Positions 1-6,767 of a DNA stretch of 11,968 bases are shown here, piece by piece. This DNA comes from a bacterium (GTDB lineage: Bacteria; SZUA-182; DTGQ01; JAFGSM01), in assembly GCA_049472315.1 (NCBI GenBank), contig JBLIRN010000080.1:1-11968 (forward strand). Direction: 5' to 3'. Position 1 is the first letter of the stretch. Each line of letters starts with the position of its first letter. The position numbers and the translations under genes were made by a program. Below the pieces are notes generated by a model. That model was given only the letters and a program-made list of their open reading frames with translations. It made no database searches and was not told the DNA's origin.

Positions 1-3000
1 AGTGATCGGCAAGGGATTCGGTGTAGTCGCCGTCGCCACCGGTGAAGGTGATATACCCGTTGCTGCCGACGTAGAACGTTCCATACCTGGTGCCATAGAG
101 TGACACCGTTTTCCCGTTGAGCAGGTTCACACTCCTGTACGAATCATCCGAAAGGCTCAATATCGTGCCGCCGCCCGGGTCTATCGGCAGATCGGCGATC
201 GCCTCCACGCATCCCGAGTAATAGTCATACGAGCCATCCGGCGTGAAGGTCAGGCTCAGGCAGTCGAGGTCATTGTCAAAGGGGTCCACAAAAATCTCGG
301 TAAAGCAGTCGGGAATATCATGGGTCGTGAATGTGTAACACACTCCGTGGTTGTCGTCGCTGACCGCATTGCCTGCCTCGTCCCTGGCATCCAGTGCGTA
401 GAAGTATGACGTGTTGTGCTGCAATCCCATGAGATTGATCGCATGGGCCGTGGGAAATCCGCTCTCTGGTGCCGTCTCCGTTAGATTCCCGCAGCTCAAA
501 CCGTACCGTACCGTGCCGCAGGCAGGCTCGTCCGTATCAAAGGTCACTGTTGCGGTGTGCGTGGCAATGGCGGCAGTCTGAACATTGCTGATGACCGGAG
601 GCGTGCAATCCACAATGGCGGTAGCGATAACAGGAATGCCCTGGCCGCCCTGGCCATTGTCGTCATCGATATATGTGGCGATTATCGTATCGCCGCCGAC
701 AACCACAAGAATGCCTGCGCCACCTTCGACAGCCACATCAAGCGTCCCGCGAAATTCAGCGGTGCCTGCGGCGGTCTCGGTCAACTCCACCATCTCACCG
801 CCGGGTTCGGAATCGGATGTGACCGTGACCGCAACCGTCTCGACCGTACCGCTGTCCATGTTCAAATCGCGGTCGATTACCTCGATGGCGACCGTGGCGG
901 AACAGGCATACCTTGATGCATCCAGGGCAATCACGCCCGCTGATGAGCACGCAATCAATCCCGGAGACGCACACAAAGAGAAGGGTTGCGGGCCCTGCGG
1001 CACATCGTGGCCGTGGACCTCGATTTGCCAGACACCCGATGCGGGATTTTCCACATATACCTGCTCGATGTTGTTGACATGATCGGCCTGCGTTCGCACC
1101 GCCGGGCTATCGGGATTGTATGGATCAAGCGTCCAGGGGTAGTGCCGGGTCGATGACGGGCTGAAGACCCGAAGATCGAGGTCGTTCACCAGGGCGGCAC
1201 TCACGTTCGGGGTCCCGGGCACGTCATCCCAGGCCATCGTCACCTTCAGCTCGGAATCACCGGGATTCACCAGCACCACAGCGGAAAAGGTGCCGTCCTG
1301 ATCCACCTGGTCCTCGATAAAGTTCCCGGTCCGCATGAAGTCGATGGTCTTCTGAATCCGTACCGACCCATACCCGAATCGATAATCCGGGCCGATAGTG
1401 CCGAGATCCACTGCATTGTGGGCAAGGAGGATCTTGAGGGTGGAATTCCTGAAGCTGGGCTTATCCGGGAACCGGGCACGGAAATCCTGCAGCAACAAGG
1501 CGGAGAGGCCGCACACGGTGGGAGATGCCATCGAGGTCCCGCATTTAACGGTGTAGGCGGTGTCGCCGAGGGACGAACATGAGGTTACCCCGCCATCCCC
1601 GCCGATCTGGCAGCCCGGCGCAGAAATGTCCGGTTTTATCCGACCGTCGTCTACCGGGCCCCAACTGCTGAAATAGGTCATGGAGTCGTCGTTCGAGTTG
1701 AGTGCACCTACGGTGATGTGATTTTTTGCACCGGCGGGTGGTGCCGTGCTGTAATAGTCCCCATAGCCCTCCACGTCGCAGCGGCTTCCCTGTCTTTCAT
1801 TACCATTGGCCCAGATGATCCGGAAGGGGTTGCCAAGGGAACCACGAACGATCGCGTCGATGAGTGCGGAGGTAACGCCGTAGTCACCCTGGATGTCACA
1901 ATCAAAGCCGTTTGGTTCCGTATTCGTGCCGATGGAATTGTTGGATATGTCCGCACCATACATGTTGATGGCCTCGGCGTAGTCAGACTCGATGTCCCCT
2001 GGGTTACTGTAAAGAAAGATCCCGGTGCCGTCGTACTGGAACCCATAGGACTCTATCCGAACACCGGGGGCGATTCCCTTGTAAGTGGGATTGGCCACCC
2101 CTGCGCCACCGATGGTGCCGCAGACATGGGTGGCGTGATCTGCCATTCCCGATAGATCACGAACCGCAAGGCGCCCCTGGAAGTCGACGTGCGAGGATCG
2201 ACCAGTGCCGCCGTCGTAAACGAGCACGGTAATCCCCGAGCCGTCAAGGTCGTAGGGCAATGCCTGGACGATATCCGCCTCGGTGATCTCCCGGTTGCCG
2301 TCGTTTACCTCGCTCAGCCGGGGCAGCGGCCACTCGATCCATTGCACCGCGTCCTCATCCGCCAGGGCAGTGATACATGCCCACGGGAGCTCCACAACAA
2401 GACCATTGATCGACTCGAGCCGATCGGCGATTGCGGCCCCATGGGTCCTGGCGATATTCACCCCGGTGGTTCCCAGATCCACATCCCGGTGAAAGATAAG
2501 GTAGACCGCCACGGTCGGGTTTTCTGAATCCCCTTTGCCCAGTATCGCATGGTCCGGAATGATCCGGGCGCCAACGGCCGGGTGGAGTTTCCATCCGCGA
2601 TCCACTGCTCGTGCATCGACAAGGCCGGGTATCCGGGCCATCGCCTGCGGAGCCACACCAGGGAGTGTCAACGAAGCGAAAAAGGCATTGTTGCCCAGAT
2701 AACTCAGAAGCTGCAGTCCCGCTTGTTTGAGGGCCTTTTTCTGTTCCGCCTTGACAGGCCCTCGAAACTGAACTACCAGGTGCCGCTGATCGGGGCGTGC
2801 GGCGAGCATGGTGATCACCTCTTGGATTTCCTGAGCCGTCTTTGCTTCCGATGAAACCGGACCGGAGCGAAACCGCACCTGCGCATCCGCTGGATGCGCC
2901 CCCGGCATCCATACGCCCATCCAAAACACTACGAGCACAGCAATTCCAAGCATGCCCAGTCTTCCCAGGCATGCCGTACAGGTACTGCCTCTTCGCCTGC

Positions 3001-3013
3001 CCATCGTTTCCAT
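1..3013 (-). CDS. Secreted S8 (subtilisin-family) serine protease, multidomain, 3'-partial (>1004 aa, continues beyond position 1)
   Basis: Manually translated; not in ORF track. ATG at 3013 with GGAGG 9 nt upstream and in-frame TGA at 3052-3050. N-terminus METMGRRRGSTCTACLGRLGMLGIAVLVVFWMGVWMPGAHPADA|Q is signal-peptide-like. Catalytic triad in one frame: GSGITVLVYDGG (Asp 2215-2213), DHATHVCGTIGG (His 2137-2135), CGTSMASPTVCG (Ser 1534-1532). Then LKVTMAWDD..ALVNDLDLRV..NNIEQVYVENPASGVWQI (C-terminal beta-sandwich typical of KP-43-like proteases), an FN3-like segment and LYGTRYGTFYVGSNGYITF. Every segment sampled between 3013 and 2 was in this frame without stops. Confidence 0.95.
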   Translation of the reverse strand, partial: METMGRRRGSTCTACLGRLGMLGIAVLVVFWMGVWMPGAHPADAQVRFRSGPVSSEAKTAQEIQEVITMLAARPDQRHLVVQFRGPVKAEQKKALKQAGLQLLSYLGNNAFFASLTLPGVAPQAMARIPGLVDARAVDRGWKLHPAVGARIIPDHAILGKGDSENPTVAVYLIFHRDVDLGTTGVNIARTHGAAIADRLESINGLVVELPWACITALADEDAVQWIEWPLPRLSEVNDGNREITEADIVQALPYDLDGSGITVLVYDGGTGRSSHVDFQGRLAVRDLSGMADHATHVCGTIGGAGVANPTYKGIAPGVRIESYGFQYDGTGIFLYSNPGDIESDYAEAINMYGADISNNSIGTNTEPNGFDCDIQGDYGVTSALIDAIVRGSLGNPFRIIWANGNERQGSRCDVEGYGDYYSTAPPAGAKNHITVGALNSNDDSMTYFSSWGPVDDGRIKPDISAPGCQIGGDGGVTSCSSLGDTAYTVKCGTSMASPTVCGLSALLLQDFRARFPDKPSFRNSTLKILLAHNAVDLGTIGPDYRFGYGSVRIQKTIDFMRTGNFIEDQVDQDGTFSAVVLVNPGDSELKVTMAWDDVPGTPNVSAALVNDLDLRVFSPSSTRHYPWTLDPYNPDSPAVRTQADHVNNIEQVYVENPASGVWQIEVHGHDVPQGPQPFSLCASPGLIACSSAGVIALDASRYACSATVAIEVIDRDLNMDSGTVETVAVTVTSDSEPGGEMVELTETAAGTAEFRGTLDVAVEGGAGILVVVGGDTIIATYIDDDNGQGGQGIPVIATAIVDCTPPVISNVQTAAIATHTATVTFDTDEPACGTVRYGLSCGNLTETAPESGFPTAHAINLMGLQHNTSYFYALDARDEAGNAVSDDNHGVCYTFTTHDIPDCFTEIFVDPFDNDLDCLSLTFTPDGSYDYYSGCVEAIADLPIDPGGGTILSLSDDSYRSVNLLNGKTVSLYGTRYGTFYVGSNGYITFTGGDGDYTESLADH

Positions 3014-3550
3014 GGCCTTGGTCCTCCCGGGTGGTGAGGGTTTCGAATTTCATGCGATGCCTGCAACTACCCATTTGAAAAAAGACCGTCGTTGCGGTCA
3101 TTATTGGTGCAACAAGGGATGAGACCCCTTGTCTCCTTGTTCAATCCCCTTTTCTATGAGATCTCTGACGCGGGGCGGTTTGCGCTGTCAAGGCATCGTG
3201 GATAAATCAGGGGCACGGTGGATTCGTGCATCAGGGGTGTCAGCAGCGTGATTCCAGGGAGGTCGAGTCAGGTATTCTATTGTGTGCGCGCATCAATTCT
3301 CATATTCTGAGTTATATATGCTGAACAGTGTACATCGCGTATTAATACATGATTATCGCTCAGGATGAAGAGGGCCGCCTCCGTGTGCCCTTCCGCATGA
3401 AATGAATGGAGGTCGTAATAAAAGATGTCGGATCGGAAAAATCCGGATCGAGAATTCATTGTACAGATTATCGAACCATAAATCCACCCTCGTAAGAAAA
3501 CCCTTTTCAAAAAAACCTTTCAAGACAAACACTCATGACCCTTAGGGCCG

Positions 3551-3646
3551 CCACGAAGCATGAAAACAAAATGGGGTCAGGTCTTGAATTGTCAGTTTTT
3601 CACAACAAACCCTCTTGGCGCCTTGTGGCACCACGAAGCATAAAAA
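3551..3646 (+). repeat. 16-bp direct repeat CCACGAAGCAT(G/A)AAAA, two copies
   Basis: ccacgaagcatgaaaa at 3551-3566 and ccacgaagcataaaaa at 3631-3646, one mismatch; the second copy lies inside the spacer of the inverted repeat. Confidence 0.8.
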
Positions 3647-3688
3647 TCTATTTTCGGAAAAAAACTGTCAATTCAAGACCTGACCCCA
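3572..3688. repeat. 29-bp inverted repeat pair with 59-bp spacer (REP/REPIN- or MITE-like element)
   Basis: tggggtcaggtcttgaattgtcagttttt (3572-3600) and aaaaactgtcaattcaagacctgacccca (3660-3688) are reverse complements with one mismatch. The repeat is seen directly; the REP/MITE label is inference. Confidence 0.85.
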
Positions 3689-6103
3689 GGACGTATACGC
3701 CCACCAGGGCCGCACCTCGACGGAAAACTCCGTGCGGGCCCGGCCGCCCTTCAGGTCGTAGAAGATGATCTCCACGACGTAAGTACCCGGTAACATGGAA
3801 AGGAAATAGCTTCCGGGGGAATCGGACGAAAATCCCCATTCCCAGACGAAGGTGCCGTCCGGCATCCGGTTGCAAGTGCCGAGGTTACATGATGCATATA
3901 GCTCGTCATCATCCGGGTCTTGGACGACAAGCTGGGGATAACCAAGGAGGCACCCCTCCCCTGCCCTGACCACCACCGGTTCTTCGGGCGCTCTGAGGAT
4001 CTCCGGGTGACGGTTCGATCCAGTGCCGCGATAATCCACGAATATCTCGAATTGGACAAAGCCATGATCACCCCTTGCATCGGTGCAGGTGACAAGCATG
4101 TCACGGATCCCCACGGAATCCGGCTCCCAGCGTATCAGGCCGGTTGTGGGATGAACGATGCTCCATGGATAGTTCACCCATGACCAAGGCCAAATCATAC
4201 CGTGGTAGTCATTCCAGGACAATCCCTCCACGTCGGTCCTGTAGGACGCGGATACAGGGAATCCGGGAAGATGTGCACTACCTGCGCCCGAGGACATATT
4301 GAAGATGAAGCAATCGGGATCGATGAAGTTCACCAGGTACTCCCCCTCCTCCCCCACATAGAAGACCTGGTCCTCGACTGCCTGGGGCACCGGGGCATGG
4401 TTTGCCACCTCGTAGTTCACCACCGAGAGGGGGAATATGCACGTATCCGAACGGATACCGCCTGTCACCGTGAGGGTCACCATTAGTTCCTCGATGTATA
4501 GCGGGGTGAAATCGAGTGCCGCGATCATGGGCCATTCGGTCATTCCGATGTTCCACAAGGCGCCTTCCAGTATGAACACGAAGTCGGGCCTGAAAAAGGG
4601 CTTCCCGGTAAATTTGACAACCTGGATCACCGAGTAGTGGACAGGCAGATAGGTGGGAACCCCATCGTAGGGATCGATGGGAAGGGGGCCGAACTCCAGG
4701 GATGGATCGGTTTCCGCTGCACTGTGCCCGCTCACGTCGGCGCTCCAGCCGAGGGCTCCCTGGTCGATGAGTTTTTGGGCGGCTGGACCGGGCCCCAAGG
4801 GGCCCATGCGCAGATTGGGGTCGGAAAAGATGGGTAGCATGAGGTCCACGATGAACTGGTCCCTGCCGAAGAGCGCGGCCATGGCGGGATCGTTCTCCCC
4901 AAAGAGGTTGGGGTCCGCGCCGAGATCCCTCCAATAGCTAACCACCGGGTCATTCGGATCATCGGGGTCCTCGGCGAAGATAAAGAAGTCGGCGGCATTG
5001 AGGCAAAGGTCGATGATCCTCGAGATCTCCCGGTTCTTTGTCCCGCCAAAAACAGTGACCTTTTCCCCAGTGTAGTCGGCGACAAAGAGATACCTGTTGT
5101 GCTCCATAAGCTGGGCATGCAGGGGACCCATCCTGAAAAGCACAGGGGATTCGAGGCCCCCGGTGGCACAGGATTCCCTGAACATGATGTCATCCAGACG
5201 AAACCTCCGGCCTCCTGTTATCATGACCGCATATGCCATTTCGATGCACCATGCGTCGGGATCGAGCCCCTCGTGGATCACCGCCTGCCTCACTGCGTCC
5301 GCGAGGTCAATCCATACGGTGTGCCAGGAGCCATCCAGGATGTCCCTGCCGAGCAGCACGTCAATCCTCAATTGCTCACCATCGGCTGCGCGCACCACGG
5401 GGGCGATGGTGTAGGAGCCGGAGGCCGTATGCACCTCATCTACAATGCATTCATCACACCACGGCCGTTTGGTGACGAGCCTGATGGTAATATCCCTGCC
5501 GCATCCCTCGCCGATGATGTCCAGTTCGGGGATGTCCTGCTCCCTCATGCCCAGAGGGGCCCTGAAGTCAAAGGTGAAAATCGCGTGGGTCTCCATGCTG
5601 ATGCCGATTGCACCGTCCGTATCCGCTGCGGACGGCGGGGTGTAAAGACTGTACAGAATGGAGTGCCAGTCCTCAAAGGAGTAACCCATAAGGGACCGGA
5701 GGAGATAGTGATACTGGTACTGAAACACATCAAGTACCCTGCTCCCTGCCTGCAGGTCCAGAGTGGTGGTGAACCATGATGGGCCTGTCCAAGGTCCAAT
5801 AGGATAATTCGGCCAGGGGTATTCCGGGGCCCGCCAACCGTGATTATAAGGCGAGTCCCAGTATTCGAAGTTGTCGACGAGGATATCGCCCTCACCCTTA
5901 AAGGGGTCCTCCCACGTGGGGACCTGCGTCATTGGAAAGAACCTGGGCTGACCGTAAACCTGACCATAGTCAAACCTGACGGGCGGATATGCCAAGGGTA
6001 TGAATGCGAGAGCGGGTGGAGGGACGAGAAGGGGCAGGATAAGAACCGGAATGAACAGGATAAGAAGAAAATGAACCAGGAGCCTTTTTTCGACACGGTT
6101 CAT
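3668..6103 (-). CDS. Secreted/surface protein, 811 aa: signal peptide, putative CBM/jelly-roll-like N-domain, C-terminal cadherin/Ig-like repeats (paralog copy A)
   Basis: Long ORF with GGAGG (6115-6111) 7 nt before ATG. Basic N-terminus, hydrophobic stretch and ALA|F cleavage site. FTFDFR...WHTVWIDL...FRLDDIMF resembles galactose-binding/CBM-like beta-sandwiches. NHAPVPQAVEDQVFYVGE..FIDPD and NRHPEIL..VQDPDDDELYAS resemble cadherin-like/Big repeats. Domain names are by motif resemblance only. Confidence 0.9.
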   Translation of the reverse strand: MNRVEKRLLVHFLLILFIPVLILPLLVPPPALAFIPLAYPPVRFDYGQVYGQPRFFPMTQVPTWEDPFKGEGDILVDNFEYWDSPYNHGWRAPEYPWPNYPIGPWTGPSWFTTTLDLQAGSRVLDVFQYQYHYLLRSLMGYSFEDWHSILYSLYTPPSAADTDGAIGISMETHAIFTFDFRAPLGMREQDIPELDIIGEGCGRDITIRLVTKRPWCDECIVDEVHTASGSYTIAPVVRAADGEQLRIDVLLGRDILDGSWHTVWIDLADAVRQAVIHEGLDPDAWCIEMAYAVMITGGRRFRLDDIMFRESCATGGLESPVLFRMGPLHAQLMEHNRYLFVADYTGEKVTVFGGTKNREISRIIDLCLNAADFFIFAEDPDDPNDPVVSYWRDLGADPNLFGENDPAMAALFGRDQFIVDLMLPIFSDPNLRMGPLGPGPAAQKLIDQGALGWSADVSGHSAAETDPSLEFGPLPIDPYDGVPTYLPVHYSVIQVVKFTGKPFFRPDFVFILEGALWNIGMTEWPMIAALDFTPLYIEELMVTLTVTGGIRSDTCIFPLSVVNYEVANHAPVPQAVEDQVFYVGEEGEYLVNFIDPDCFIFNMSSGAGSAHLPGFPVSASYRTDVEGLSWNDYHGMIWPWSWVNYPWSIVHPTTGLIRWEPDSVGIRDMLVTCTDARGDHGFVQFEIFVDYRGTGSNRHPEILRAPEEPVVVRAGEGCLLGYPQLVVQDPDDDELYASCNLGTCNRMPDGTFVWEWGFSSDSPGSYFLSMLPGTYVVEIIFYDLKGGRARTEFSVEVRPWWAYTSWGQVLN

Positions 6104-6145
6104 ACAACAGCCTCCGGCCGGGGGATTTTGACTTGGGATACTATA

Positions 6146-6174
6146 ATTATATGTAAAATTTCATAAAAATACAA
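6146..6174 (-). promoter_or_regulatory. Sigma70-type promoter for copy A (TTGTAT-N17-TATAAT)
   Basis: Minus strand TTGTAT (6174-6169), 17-nt spacer, perfect TATAAT (6151-6146), about 40 nt upstream of the ATG at 6103; -35 box conserved in copy B. Confidence 0.7.
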
Positions 6175-6243
6175 TGTACTTCTCACCTCTTGTGCACCGC
6201 CACCGCCTCCTTGCCTGTTCCCGGCATGGGTGTGCCATAATAA

Positions 6244-6342
6244 CTACCCATCAGGTAAGGGCATGACCCTGATTTGCATTAAAAGGGCCGGGCACCAACC
6301 ATCCCGGCCTCGCGGTCTTTCCGTACTCCGAAACACCATCAT
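6244..6342 (-). CDS. Candidate 32-aa small ORF MMVFRSTERPRGRDGWCPALLMQIRVMPLPDG (copy A)
   Basis: ATG at 6342 with AGGAAGG 7 nt upstream, TAG at 6246-6244. Against copy B there are 4 differences: 3 synonymous and one R->K. Below the ORF-track cutoff; could instead be a structured RNA or regulatory element. Confidence 0.4.
   Translation of the reverse strand: MMVFRSTERPRGRDGWCPALLMQIRVMPLPDG
6281..6309 (-). terminator. GC-rich hairpin followed by short U tract (terminator/attenuator-like), identical in both duplicated copies
   Basis: Minus strand GGCCGGG-N10-CCCGGCC then CTTTT; stems at 6303-6309 and 6286-6292; same sequence at about 10797-10825. The U tract is short. Confidence 0.4.
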
Positions 6343-6647
6343 TTTTTTACCTTCCTGACATTTCAGGCGGAATCTCAGCAATCGTTCAATCGAGAGAGAA
6401 GGGCTTCGAGGATCCACGCCAGGGGACCATGGTCATTATTGTGCAATCCCCATTCCTGTTTTGAGGATCGATGCCGGGGATACATCAAAAGCACCGATAC
6501 ATTGAACGGCATCTTCCGGCTGCTGACTTATTACCCCATTATAGGCACCGGGCTATATAGATGGTTCTTGACGTCATCCTCGATACGGGCGGATATTGGG
6601 TTGCAGTGATGAATCCGGACGGGAATGAGACATGGTTACAGTAAATA

Positions 6648-6676
6648 TGGATATTCGTTATAAGATCCAATATAAT
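6648..6676 (+). promoter_or_regulatory. Possible sigma70-type promoter for the DUF3160 gene
   Basis: TATAAT at 6671-6676 with TGGATA (4/6 match to -35) 17 nt upstream, in an AT-rich stretch about 90 nt before the probable start. Confidence 0.35.
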
Positions 6677-6767
6677 TATTATAGTGCTTATTTATTCCAG
6701 CTTCTGCTTCCGACCTGCTATTGTAAGTTACTTCGTATCGAATCATTTCTCAGAAGGAGGCATGGCA

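Noticed and set aside
256..3101. ORF-track ORFs in 256-3101, including 2355..3101 (-, 248 aa) and 585..1082 (+)
   Set aside because: Alternative-frame or antisense shadows of the S8 protease frame, which holds the full catalytic triad.
3277..3510. 77-aa minus-strand ORF
   Set aside because: Non-ATG start, no RBS or recognisable motif; probably intergenic regulatory DNA of the protease.
3551..3688. CRISPR array or integron attC site
   Set aside because: Only two short direct repeats, no regular repeat-spacer series, no cas or integrase, and no RYYYAAC/GTTRRRY ends.
3535..3768. 77-aa plus-strand ORF MTLRAATKHENKMGSGLEL..NSRPDP
   Set aside because: Translation of the repeat element, running antisense into the 811-aa gene.
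6224..6237. Sigma54-like TGGCAC..TGC on the minus strand
   Set aside because: GG-to-GC spacing is 9 nt rather than 10, and copy B has TGACAC.
6215..6480. Known riboswitch (e.g. c-di-GMP-I) or tRNA in the conserved upstream block
   Set aside because: No GGCAAA/GNRA/GCAAA core or tRNA T-loop and cloverleaf recognised on either strand by eye.
6684..6767. GTG start at 6684 and ATG at 6762 for the DUF3160 gene
   Set aside because: The strong RBS at 6754-6760 is correctly spaced only for ATG 6768, which places the signal peptide at the N-terminus.
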